From Flavobacteriales bacterium (GTDB lineage: Bacteria > Bacteroidota > Bacteroidia > Flavobacteriales_C > GCA-002722245): a stretch of 64,000 nt of DNA. Below, piece after piece: positions 1-9,334 of this stretch. A model generated the notes under the pieces. It worked only from the letters and a program-made list of their open reading frames with translations. It ran no database searches and was not told where the DNA came from. The position numbers were made by a program, and so were the translations under genes. How positions within the stretch are numbered: the stretch's first letter is position 1; every line of letters starts with the position of its first letter. Location of the stretch: assembly GCA_029251005.1 (NCBI GenBank), contig JAQXEE010000157.1, positions 645 to 64,644 on the forward strand, written 5' to 3'.

Positions 1-12
1 TAACTTAAAGTT

Positions 13-1110
13 ATGGCTGGACATCGATTTGAAAAATACATTACTCCTAATGATGATCGAACTCCATTTCAAAAGTTGCTGGAGCTTTTTTTAGAGATAA
101 TGGTGCATACTTCTGGCGATATAGAAGAGACATTCCGCTGGATGAAAATAGTAGATGAAGAACATAAAATTACAACTCCTGATTACACACTAGAAGATTT
201 TAGAAACGATTTAGAAAAGAACGGTTATTTAAGCGACACAACCAAAGGAAGAGGTCAGAAGCTTACAGGGAAAGCTGAGCAATTAATCCGTAAAAGGTCA
301 TTAGATCAAATTTTTGGAAAATTAAAAAAGGACAGTGGTGGAAATCATCGTTCAACAAAAATTGGAAAAGGAGATGACCACACTACCGATCAGCGACCTT
401 ATCAATACGGAGATTCCTTACAGCAAATCGATTTTCAAACGAGTATTAAAAATGCACAAATAAGGGGCGGGATTGATCATTTTAATCTTAGAAATGAAGA
501 TTTAGTGGTTTTTGAAAACGAACATCAAAGCAGCATGAGCACTGTTTTAATGATTGATATTTCGCATTCTATGATATTGTACGGAGAAGATCGAATTACG
601 CCTGCTAAGAAGGTTGCGATGGCTTTAGCAGAATTAATCAGAACCAAGTACCAAAAAGACAATTTAGATGTTATTGTTTTTGGGAATGATGCTTGGCAAA
701 TACAAGTGAAAGATTTACCGTATTTGCAAGTTGGTCCGTTTCATACCAATACCGTAGCTGGTTTAGAGTTGGCAATGGATTTGCTACGAAAAAGAAAGGC
801 AGGAAATAAGCAAATATTCATGATTACCGATGGTAAGCCAACGTGCTTAAAAAATGCAGATGGGACTTACTACAAAAACAGTAACGGACAAGATCCTAAG
901 GTTTTAAGGAAAACAATCAATTTGGCGGCTCAATGTCGGAAGATGAAAATACCGGTTACCACGTTTATGATTGCACAAGATCCTTACCTACAGGAGTTTG
1001 TTGAGAAATTCACTGAAACGAATAAAGGAAAAGCATTTTATGCTGGATTAGAAGGATTAGGTAATTTCATTTTTTCAGATTACGAACAGAATAAAAAAAG
1101 AAGATCATAA
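13..1110 (+). CDS. VWA (von Willebrand A/MIDAS) domain protein, partner of the adjacent AAA+ ATPase
   Basis: MIDAS motif DISHS (DxSxS), TNT and ITDG; 365 aa; directly upstream of the AAA ATPase. Confidence 0.85.
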   Translation: MAGHRFEKYITPNDDRTPFQKLLELFLEIMVHTSGDIEETFRWMKIVDEEHKITTPDYTLEDFRNDLEKNGYLSDTTKGRGQKLTGKAEQLIRKRSLDQIFGKLKKDSGGNHRSTKIGKGDDHTTDQRPYQYGDSLQQIDFQTSIKNAQIRGGIDHFNLRNEDLVVFENEHQSSMSTVLMIDISHSMILYGEDRITPAKKVAMALAELIRTKYQKDNLDVIVFGNDAWQIQVKDLPYLQVGPFHTNTVAGLELAMDLLRKRKAGNKQIFMITDGKPTCLKNADGTYYKNSNGQDPKVLRKTINLAAQCRKMKIPVTTFMIAQDPYLQEFVEKFTETNKGKAFYAGLEGLGNFIFSDYEQNKKRRS

Positions 1111-1141
1111 ACTCCATTTGGAATTTAAAAACACAACAAAG

Positions 1142-2611
1142 ATGAGTACTACTTCAATAAAAACATTAGGAGAATTAAAAGCTTCGGGATACGAATTTAA
1201 AACGGTAACGGAAGAATTAAGGGTTAATTTGTCTCAAAAACTCCAATCTGGAGAAAAGGTTTTTGAAAACATTATAGGTTATGACGATACGGTAATTCCT
1301 GAATTGGAAAGAGCTGTTTTAGCAGGCCATAGTATTAATTTTTTAGGACTTAGAGGACAGGGTAAAACGAAAATTGCTCGTTTACTCGTTCAACTTTTGG
1401 ATGAGTATGTTCCTGTTATAAAAGGATCTGCTTTAAACGAAGATCCTCTTTTTCCATTAACTACAGCCTCCAAAAAATTGGTGGCTGAAAAAGGAGATGA
1501 TACGCCAGTTACTTGGTGGCATCGTTCTGAACGGTATGCTGAGAAGTTAGCGACGCCTGATGTAAATATTGCTGATTTAGTAGGAGATATCGATCCTATT
1601 AAAGCGGCTAATTTAAAGTTAAGTTTATCGGATGAAGAGGTGATTAATTATGGAATTATTCCTCGATCGAATAGAGGGATTTTTGTAATCAACGAATTGC
1701 CTGATTTACAACCAAGAATTCAGGTGGCACTTTTTAATTTATTGCAAGAAGGTGATTTGCAAATTAGAGGATATAAGGTAAGAATCCCAATGGATGTTCA
1801 GTTTGTATTTACATCTAATCCTGAAGATTATACAAATAGAGGATCGATTATTACGCCTTTAAAAGATCGGATTCAAAGTCAGATTTACACTCACTATCCA
1901 ATATCTAACTTGATTGGTAGAACCATTACAAAACAAGAGGTTAAAAGGCAAAAAGGACAAGAGAATATTTTTGTCCCTGAGGTTATTGAAAAGCTGATTG
2001 AACAGGTTGCAATAGAAGCGCGAGGAAGCGAGTTTATTGATGCTAAAAGTGGAGTTTCTGCTCGTTTACCAATATCAGCGTACGAAAATGTTTTAAGTGC
2101 GGTGGAAAGAAGAATGTTAATTAATGGTGATGAAAAAGGGATTGCAAGGATTGGCGATTTAACGGCTACTATTCCTGCGATTATTGGAAAAATTGAAATG
2201 GTTTACGAAGGTGAGCAAGAAGGTGCATCCAATATTGCGCGTCGTTTGATTAACCAGGCTATCAGATCGATTGCTCCTGAATACTTTAATAATATCCAGC
2301 ATTTAAGTGATAAAAGGGCTCCTGTGGAATTAAAAGAAAAGTTCATGTTGATTACGAGTTGGTTTGAGAGTGGACAGCGCTTGGATTTACTAAATGAAAT
2401 GACGCAGTCTGATTTTGAAAATGAAATTAATAATGTTTCTGGGTTAGAAGAAAAAGTAGAAGGTTTAACATCTGTTAATTCTGAAAAATCAGTTTTGAAA
2501 GAGTTCTTACTAACTGCACTTGCTGCTTACTCTTTATTGGAGCGTAAGGATTTAAAACAAAGCGTTTCTTTTCAAGATTATTTTAGTTCTGTTGTAGGTG
2601 GGTTAGGTTAA
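1142..2611 (+). CDS. Mg-chelatase-like/MoxR-related AAA+ ATPase
   Basis: Walker A GLRGQGKT, Walker B variant FVINE, NPEDY sensor, PLKDR Arg finger; ATG at 1142 preferred over TTG at 1118. Confidence 0.85.
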   Translation: MSTTSIKTLGELKASGYEFKTVTEELRVNLSQKLQSGEKVFENIIGYDDTVIPELERAVLAGHSINFLGLRGQGKTKIARLLVQLLDEYVPVIKGSALNEDPLFPLTTASKKLVAEKGDDTPVTWWHRSERYAEKLATPDVNIADLVGDIDPIKAANLKLSLSDEEVINYGIIPRSNRGIFVINELPDLQPRIQVALFNLLQEGDLQIRGYKVRIPMDVQFVFTSNPEDYTNRGSIITPLKDRIQSQIYTHYPISNLIGRTITKQEVKRQKGQENIFVPEVIEKLIEQVAIEARGSEFIDAKSGVSARLPISAYENVLSAVERRMLINGDEKGIARIGDLTATIPAIIGKIEMVYEGEQEGASNIARRLINQAIRSIAPEYFNNIQHLSDKRAPVELKEKFMLITSWFESGQRLDLLNEMTQSDFENEINNVSGLEEKVEGLTSVNSEKSVLKEFLLTALAAYSLLERKDLKQSVSFQDYFSSVVGGLG

Positions 2612-2636
2612 AATAAATTCAAAAAAAAGAATAACT

Positions 2637-2672
2637 AGCGTAAATTATTTTATGGTGATTTACGCTTTTTTT
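2637..2672 (+). terminator. Intrinsic terminator between convergent genes
   Basis: agcgtaaatta...tgatttacgct stem (G-U allowed) followed by a T run. Confidence 0.6.
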
Positions 2673-2675
2673 GTG

Positions 2676-2906
2676 CTAAATAATTTCACCACGATGAGGT
2701 TTTAACTTGTCTCTGAAAAAAACCATTTTATCTTTTGTAGTTATTAAAAAAGCAGTGCAGTACATTTCGCTAATTGGTGAAATACCCGTTTCTTCCTTTG
2801 TGTGAGATTCCTTTTTTAAGAACTCGTTGATGTGTTTCACATGATGTTCAGCTATTTTAAGCGCGTCTGCACTTCTGAAGTCCCAAATTAATTTAATTTT
2901 TTCCAT
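2676..2906 (-). CDS. Small conserved hypothetical protein
   Basis: MEKIKLIWDFRSADALKIAEHH...LKPHRG resembles a small Flavobacteria-type hypothetical; ATG at 2906 preferred. Confidence 0.7.
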   Translation of the reverse strand: MEKIKLIWDFRSADALKIAEHHVKHINEFLKKESHTKEETGISPISEMYCTAFLITTKDKMVFFRDKLKPHRGEII

Positions 2907-3163
2907 TACTTTAAAAGTAGTAAAAACATGATACATGGAATATTCCTATATGTTTTATCATTAACAGAAGTACAAGTGTGTTTGTTGGTATTGGCTTGAG
3001 TGTTCTTTTTTTGTATTTGTTTGATCACGGGTTTACCTGCAATGTTTCTTTTGCACTCGAATTTCACAAATATGAGTGGGTTGTATATTCTATTATTTTT
3101 CTTTCCAAGATTTTTGAATCTAGGTGTAAAATATTTTATGGGTCATAAATTCTTTTTTAAGAG

Positions 3164-3171
3164 TACCTTTG
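3164..3171 (+). promoter_or_regulatory. Bacteroidota sigma-70 -7 element for the helicase gene
   Basis: TACCTTTG matches TAnnTTTG, about 55 bp upstream of ATG 3228. Confidence 0.6.
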
Positions 3172-3227
3172 CGCCTAATCGTGAAATGATTCTTGCATTT
3201 AAATTGTCATTTCAAAACACAATTTAT

Positions 3228-4487
3228 ATGACATTTAAATCACTAGGATTAAACGAGTCTATTTTAAAGGCTATTGCAAAAAAAGGTTATACTGAACCTT
3301 CTCCAATTCAAGGAAAGGCGATTCCGGAAATATTAAAAGGACATGATGTTTTAGCATCAGCGCAAACAGGAACTGGTAAAACTGCTGGTTTTACTTTACC
3401 AATGCTTCATATTTTAGCAAAGCGTACAATAGATAGAAAAAGAAAAATTAGAGCATTGATTCTTACGCCAACGCGTGAATTAGCGGCTCAGATTTATGAG
3501 AACGTAAAAGAATACAGTACGCATTTAGATATTAGAGCAACCGTTATTTTTGGTGGTGTAAATCAAAACCCTCAAGTAAGAACTTTGCGCGAAGGTGTTG
3601 ATGTTTTAATTGCAACTCCAGGTAGATTGATGGATTTGAAATCTCAAAACGAAGTGTCGCTAAGAGATGTTGAGTTTTTTGTATTGGACGAGGCGGATAG
3701 AATGTTGGATATGGGGTTCATTAACGACATTAAAAAAATTGTAAAGGTTGTTCCTAGAGAAAGGCAAACGTTATTGTTTTCGGCTACTTTCTCTAAGGAG
3801 ATTAAAAAGTTGGCAAATGAGTTTATGCAACGTCCTGTTTTTGTTGAAGCGGCTCCTGAAAATACGGCTGCCGAAACGGTTACTCAAATTGTACACCCCG
3901 TTAACCGTACCGATAAGGCAAATGTTATTGTTAAGTTGATTAAGGGTGGTGATTGGTCGCAGGTTTTAGTTTTTACAAGAACTAAACATAAAGCCAACAG
4001 AATTGCCGATAAATTAAAGAAAAGTGATGTTTCTGCAGCTGCAATTCACGGAGACAAAAGTCAGGGTGCTAGAACGAAAGCTTTAGCTGGATTTAAAAAT
4101 GGTTCTATTCGTGTTTTAGTTGCAACTGACATTGCCGCTAGAGGATTAGATATTCCATTATTACCACACGTAGTGAACTTTGAATTACCTAATGTGCCTG
4201 AAGATTATGTTCACAGAATTGGACGTACTGGTAGAGCAGGAGCAAGTGGAGAGGCTATTTCGTTAGTAAGTCACGATGAAGAGGAATATATTAGAGATAT
4301 AGAGAAATTATTAGGTTTTAAAATCCCTAAAAAATCGATTCTTGGTTTTGAGCAAAGTCCTTTGGCTGAGGTTGAAAAATTAGAAGCTGAATTGACAAAG
4401 AAGAACGGAGGAAATAATAACCGCAGAAAACCTAATAATAGAGGTGGAGGCGGTGGAGGAAACTTCAGAAAAAAATCAAGAAGATAA
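3228..4487 (+). CDS. rhlE: DEAD-box RNA helicase (RhlE-like)
   Basis: Q motif, [31 protein letters not shown]; basic Gly/Asn tail; likely start MTFKSLGL at 3228. Confidence 0.9.
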   Translation: MTFKSLGLNESILKAIAKKGYTEPSPIQGKAIPEILKGHDVLASAQTGTGKTAGFTLPMLHILAKRTIDRKRKIRALILTPTRELAAQIYENVKEYSTHLDIRATVIFGGVNQNPQVRTLREGVDVLIATPGRLMDLKSQNEVSLRDVEFFVLDEADRMLDMGFINDIKKIVKVVPRERQTLLFSATFSKEIKKLANEFMQRPVFVEAAPENTAAETVTQIVHPVNRTDKANVIVKLIKGGDWSQVLVFTRTKHKANRIADKLKKSDVSAAAIHGDKSQGARTKALAGFKNGSIRVLVATDIAARGLDIPLLPHVVNFELPNVPEDYVHRIGRTGRAGASGEAISLVSHDEEEYIRDIEKLLGFKIPKKSILGFEQSPLAEVEKLEAELTKKNGGNNNRRKPNNRGGGGGGNFRKKSRR

Positions 4488-4510
4488 AAATTGTTTTTTC
4501 GATATTTATG

Positions 4511-4536
4511 AAAGCATCCTTTATGGATGCTTTTTT
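4511..4536 (+). terminator. Intrinsic terminator of the helicase gene
   Basis: aaagcatcc-tttat-ggatgcttt plus T run. Confidence 0.8.
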
Positions 4537-4553
4537 ATTTATATAATTTAGAT

Positions 4554-4890
4554 ATGAAAAAATTTTGTGTTAATTTCATTATTAACGCTTATTGTTAATG
4601 TTCAGGAATATTCTGTTCAGACCTGAAAAAGATGGTGTTTTTGGTGTTGGGGAAAAAGACATTTATCTAGTTTCAACTAATTACAATAGCTCAAGGTTAT
4701 CCTGCAATCAAACATTAGATTTGATTTGTTCCAGGATTTTTTCATTAAACAAAACTTTGAATTTATCACTAGAAGTGGTTTTATGTTTGGTGTTTCATTA
4801 GCAAAGACAGAAAATCCAATCATAATAAAAGTTCATATAAGGGTAACAAGTTTTGATGACGGACTTTATCTTTATGATTGTTTTGGTTAA
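4554..4890 (+). pseudogene. Possible decayed gene for an exported protein
   Basis: A signal-peptide-like start appears only after a frameshift in the A run after ATG 4554; protein-like fragments continue in other frames with stops. Confidence 0.25.
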
Positions 4891-5160
4891 TTGGGACTTG
4901 CCATCAAATTATAACCGCTCATCAATTTTCAGGGTAAGACTCAATTTATCGACGTAGCTTTGGTGAAAATTGGAATTATGATTTTATTGTATTTATTCAC
5001 AGGACTTTTATTGACGATTGCATTATCCAAAATGATGAAAACTTGGAAGTTATCGTCTGAAATTATGGATAAAAGACCAAATTGGGTTGTAAGGACTTTT
5101 TTTGGCACATCGGACTTTGTAGCCGATTTAGTCTCGTTAAAGGTTTTTAATTAGCGTAAT

Positions 5161-6297
5161 ATGAAGTTTGTTTGGAAGCTTATTAAACGATTATTGAAAT
5201 GGACGTTCATCGTGCTTTTTTTATGCGCACTGGGTGTTTTAATTTTCATTAATTCAAGTGCTGAATTTGGAGGAGATCATTCCGATGAAGACATAGCACG
5301 TTATAAAAAAACAGGCAATTATAAAGAGGATGTGTTTTTTAACCCTGTAGAAACAACTCGAGGTTTTACTTGGGATGTTTTTGTTAAAACGTTTAAGGAA
5401 TATTTAAAAGAAAATCCAAATAGAGACCCTCAGGTTGAATTACCGCTGATTAAACAAGACTCTTTACAACTAGAACAAACTAAAAATGAATCGAAGTTAA
5501 TTTGGTTTGGACATTCTGCGTTTTTACTACAGCTGGATGGAAAGAATATTTTATTAGATCCAATGCTTGGCGAAGCACCTTCACCAGTTAAATGGCTTTC
5601 GCGAAAACGATATAGTAAAGTGTTGCCATTGGCAATAGCCGAGCTTCCGAAAATTGATTTTGTTTTTATTTCCCATGATCATTATGATCATTTAGATTTA
5701 GAAACAATTGATTTGATTAAGCATAAAGTAGGACACTTTATAGTGCCAATTGGAGTAGGTGCCCATTTTAAATCTTGGGGTGTTTTGGCGTCTAAAATTC
5801 ACGAATTTAATTGGTGGGAAGATGGAGAAGTGAATGGGTTAGAGTTTGCTTTTACACCAACCCGTCATTTTTCTGGGCGAGGGATTACGGATGCAAATGC
5901 AACGCTTTGGGGTTCATGGGTTATTAAAGGAAGGGATTCGAAAGTGTTTTTTAGTGGCGATGGTGGATATGGCGATCATTTTAAAAAGATTGGTGACACC
6001 TACGGGCCGTTTGATTTTGCATTGGTTGAATGTGGGCAGTATAATGAAAACTGGAAACAAATTCACATGCGCCCAGAAGAGTCGGCTCAGGCTATTAAAG
6101 ATTTAAATGCTAAAGTGGGAATCCCAATTCACTGGGGCGCTTTTACTTTGTCATTGCATGATTGGTTTGAACCACCTGTTCGTATTAAAAAAGCCGCCGA
6201 TTCTTTGGGTGTAAATGTTGTTACTCCTTTAATTGGTGAAGCAATTGATTTAGACTCGCTGAATATTCATTATAATCCTTGGTGGGAGAGTTTATAA
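5161..6297 (+). CDS. MBL-fold metallo-hydrolase (RomA/NAPE-PLD-like) with N-terminal membrane anchor
   Basis: WFGHS, SHDHYDHLD, RHFSGRG, FSGDGGY, PIHWG; hydrophobic N-terminus. Confidence 0.9.
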   Translation: MKFVWKLIKRLLKWTFIVLFLCALGVLIFINSSAEFGGDHSDEDIARYKKTGNYKEDVFFNPVETTRGFTWDVFVKTFKEYLKENPNRDPQVELPLIKQDSLQLEQTKNESKLIWFGHSAFLLQLDGKNILLDPMLGEAPSPVKWLSRKRYSKVLPLAIAELPKIDFVFISHDHYDHLDLETIDLIKHKVGHFIVPIGVGAHFKSWGVLASKIHEFNWWEDGEVNGLEFAFTPTRHFSGRGITDANATLWGSWVIKGRDSKVFFSGDGGYGDHFKKIGDTYGPFDFALVECGQYNENWKQIHMRPEESAQAIKDLNAKVGIPIHWGAFTLSLHDWFEPPVRIKKAADSLGVNVVTPLIGEAIDLDSLNIHYNPWWESL

Positions 6298-6325
6298 ATT
6301 TCACATTTAGATTAAGTTTATACCA

Positions 6326-7369
6326 ATGGGTTTGAGATTGCAATTTGGAGGTAAAGTTACTAAGGCTTTGAAAGATCGTTATATTCAATCTCCTAATTGG
6401 ACAGGTAAGCTTTTTAGTAATCTAGTGGAAACCTCTTTATATATTCCAATTACTGCTATTCCCAAGTTGGTTTACAATCAGTTTTTTAAAAAGAAAGGTA
6501 GGTTGCCGCTAGTTTCGTTACCTATTAAAGTTTTTGATAAAGTAGCGTTTTTAGCTCCATCACAGTCAACTAAATTTGTTTGGTTTGGACATTCGGTTGT
6601 TTTATTGCGAATGAATGGAAAAACAATTTTAATTGATCCAATGTTGGGTCAGGATGCTTCACCGATTGCACCTTTTAAAACAAAACGATTTTCTCAGGGT
6701 ACTTTGGATTTGATTGATGAGTTACCCGAAATTGATTTGGTGCTTTTAACGCATGATCATTACGACCATTTGGATTTGGAAAGTATTCTTAAATTAAAAG
6801 GAAAAGTAAAACAATATTGGGTTGCACTTGGATGTGCACGCCATTTAAAAGCATGGGGCGTTAATTGTGCCATTAAAGAGTTTGATTGGTGGAGTTCGCT
6901 TAAGTTTGACGATATCGAAATTACATTTACTCCAACGCGTCATTTTGCGGGAAGAGGTTTTACTGATCGCAATAAGTCGCTTTGGGGAGGTTGGGTTTTA
7001 AAAACGAGTACTGAAAATATTTATTTTAGTGGAGACAGCGGTTACGGGGATCATTTTAAAATGGTAGGGGAGAAGTTAGGTCCGTTTGATTTTGGATTTA
7101 TGGAGTGCGGACAATACCATAAACTATGGCATCCTATTCATATGTTTCCAAGTGAAAGTGTTCAGGCTGGTATTGATGCTGGGGTTAAAAAAATGATGCC
7201 GGTTCATTGGGGAGGTTTTGCTTTGGCTTTACACCATTGGAAAACACCTGTTGATACGTTTGTTAAAGCTGCAACTTCTAAAGATGTTCGTTATTTAACC
7301 CCTGAATTGGGGGAGCTGGTAAATGTGAATGAAAATAGGAGCTCAAACTGGTGGAGTAATTATAATTAA
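6326..7369 (+). CDS. MBL-fold metallo-hydrolase (RomA/NAPE-PLD-like), tandem paralog
   Basis: WFGHS, THDHYDHLD, RHFAGRG, FSGDSGY, PVHWG; no N-terminal hydrophobic segment. Confidence 0.9.
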   Translation: MGLRLQFGGKVTKALKDRYIQSPNWTGKLFSNLVETSLYIPITAIPKLVYNQFFKKKGRLPLVSLPIKVFDKVAFLAPSQSTKFVWFGHSVVLLRMNGKTILIDPMLGQDASPIAPFKTKRFSQGTLDLIDELPEIDLVLLTHDHYDHLDLESILKLKGKVKQYWVALGCARHLKAWGVNCAIKEFDWWSSLKFDDIEITFTPTRHFAGRGFTDRNKSLWGGWVLKTSTENIYFSGDSGYGDHFKMVGEKLGPFDFGFMECGQYHKLWHPIHMFPSESVQAGIDAGVKKMMPVHWGGFALALHHWKTPVDTFVKAATSKDVRYLTPELGELVNVNENRSSNWWSNYN

Positions 7370-7388
7370 TGCTATAGTTTAATTTTTC

Positions 7389-7418
7389 AAACAAGTAATT
7401 TAAATGTGTTACTTGTTT
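7389..7418 (+). terminator. Possible hairpin after the second MBL gene
   Basis: aaacaagtaa...ttacttgttt 10-bp inverted repeat. Confidence 0.4.
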
Positions 7419-7491
7419 ATGAGCCGAATTTTCACCATTCAATGCTAATATCTTAATCGGTAGAAGGGTTTACAGTATTAATTGGAAAGCA

Positions 7492-7529
7492 AAAAAGAGG
7501 CGAATTCAGCAATGAATTCGCCTCTTTTT
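7492..7529. terminator. Bidirectional intrinsic terminator
   Basis: Perfect 17-bp stem aaaaagaggcgaattca/tgaattcgcctcttttt with a gcaa loop, between convergent genes. Confidence 0.9.
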
Positions 7530-7540
7530 GATGTTAAATT

Positions 7541-9121
7541 TTACTTTAAAACCTGAACTTTTTCTCCAAGTAAAGCATTTCCTGATTTTATTTTTACAAA
7601 GTAAACTCCAGTCGCTAAATCAGTAGAGTTGAAAGTTAATTGAGTTCCAGATTTGTTGGTACTAATAAAAGTTTGTATTTCAACAATCCTTCCTCTTGCA
7701 TCAACTAAAAGAGCTTCACCCATTCCGTTAAATTTTGCTTGTATTTCAATTTGATCATTTGAGTTTTGAAATGCAATAAAACCTTTTTGTTTTTGAGATT
7801 CTTCAAAAGAGAAATACTTAATATTTGAATAATACGAAGTTCCATCAAAATCAACTTGTTTTAGTCGATAATATAAAGAGCCCTTTTGGGCACCATTATC
7901 AATAAAACTATAGTTGTTTGTTTCAATTGAATATCCAGCTCCTTGAGAAATACCTATTTTGAACCAATTTACTCCATCATAGGATGATTCGATTTCGAAG
8001 TGACTATTGTTGGTTTCCGATCCTGTTAACCATTCTAATAAAACACCTTCCTCATATAGGCTAACGTCAAATGCAATTAATTCTACAGGTAAAAGTAATG
8101 TTGACGTAGGTCTACAAGTTGCATTCCAATATGCTGTAGCTACAGAGGGTTTGAAAAACTGAGACTCATCTTGTTCATCACATGTACTACAATAACTGAT
8201 CATCTGTATAGGATCATATATTCCAGGAGGATTTAGATACTCCCCTGTGTATGAGCCAATTCCGTCAAAAATCTCATTACATCCTTCGTATACTACTTGC
8301 CCACGAAAATTCGGGTTAGTTAAGGTTTTTGTTTGAACATCAATTCCTCCAGTTAAAGTAACGGTTGCGTTGTTACACATCTTAAACATTCCATACAATA
8401 TTATTGAACTAGTAATATTAACATCTTGAGTAATACAAACAGTATCATCTATTCCAATTGTCTTGAAGGCTGCAGTTGTCCATTCCGTAGAATCAGGATC
8501 AAGCCATTTACTATCAGACATATCACAAGCTAAATCGCAATCTGCAACACAATCCGAAGTTGCTCTTGTAGTAAAAGTTGCTTGTGTTCCGTATGCTATA
8601 CCTTCTGTGTTTTCAGCATATGTTCTAACATAATAGTCGGTTTCAGGAGTAAGGTTATCCATCAATCCTTCAAATTCATCTCCAACAGCTGTAGAGGCAT
8701 CTACTAAAACCAGATCGTTTTCAATAGTGGGTAATGAAGTTGTACCATAAACAAATCCTCTTCTTGTTATTGTAGCCCCACCATCCGAAGTGATATTACC
8801 AACAGCGAATGATGTTGTACAATAATTTGCTCGAACTAAAGTAGGTGCCGCGTTTAGTGGTTCAATTTCCCAACAAACGGCGTGATGTATTTCCCAATCA
8901 CCAGGGTTAGTTCCAGGAGCAATGAAAAAACTACCACCACTTAAAGCTATATAATCAACATCATTGTAACTAACAATATCTCCTTCGCTGTAAGTGCCCC
9001 AAAGAGCTGCATCCCATTCATCGTAAATACAGCTAAGTGTATTTACTGCTTTCGATTCGTTAATAAAAATCACCGTAAGTATTAAAGTAATTCCTATAAA
9101 TATATCTTTGTAATTGGTCAT
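7541..9121 (-). CDS. T9SS type A cargo protein with CBM5/12-like and FN3-like modules
   Basis: Signal peptide; W..GTYSEGDIVSYN..Y.A......PG....W; NLTPETDYYVRTYA; LPVEL..F and YYRLKQVDFDG domain; C-terminal LATGVYFVKI CTD. Confidence 0.8.
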   Translation of the reverse strand: MTNYKDIFIGITLILTVIFINESKAVNTLSCIYDEWDAALWGTYSEGDIVSYNDVDYIALSGGSFFIAPGTNPGDWEIHHAVCWEIEPLNAAPTLVRANYCTTSFAVGNITSDGGATITRRGFVYGTTSLPTIENDLVLVDASTAVGDEFEGLMDNLTPETDYYVRTYAENTEGIAYGTQATFTTRATSDCVADCDLACDMSDSKWLDPDSTEWTTAAFKTIGIDDTVCITQDVNITSSIILYGMFKMCNNATVTLTGGIDVQTKTLTNPNFRGQVVYEGCNEIFDGIGSYTGEYLNPPGIYDPIQMISYCSTCDEQDESQFFKPSVATAYWNATCRPTSTLLLPVELIAFDVSLYEEGVLLEWLTGSETNNSHFEIESSYDGVNWFKIGISQGAGYSIETNNYSFIDNGAQKGSLYYRLKQVDFDGTSYYSNIKYFSFEESQKQKGFIAFQNSNDQIEIQAKFNGMGEALLVDARGRIVEIQTFISTNKSGTQLTFNSTDLATGVYFVKIKSGNALLGEKVQVLK

Positions 9122-9177
9122 ATTATTACTGGGTAAAAGTTTTATTTAATATGCAAGTGTGTTTTTAATCAGGGATA

Positions 9178-9185
9178 CAAATGTA
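9178..9185 (-). promoter_or_regulatory. -7 promoter element
   Basis: Reverse complement is TACATTTG. Confidence 0.5.
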
Positions 9186-9334
9186 TGAGTAAAAAACACA
9201 CAGGGCAATAATTTACACGAATAAAACTAATTTTTGATAGTTAATTAAAATATAGTCTGTTAAACAGATGGGGTTTTAAACAGATAGAAATATATCTGCG
9301 ACATTAAACTAATTATTTTTTCGTTTGTAGTAGA

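Noticed and set aside
3000..3227. 76-aa N-terminal extension of the helicase in the ORF track
   Set aside because: It contains the -7 promoter element; homology starts at MTFKSLGL (3228)
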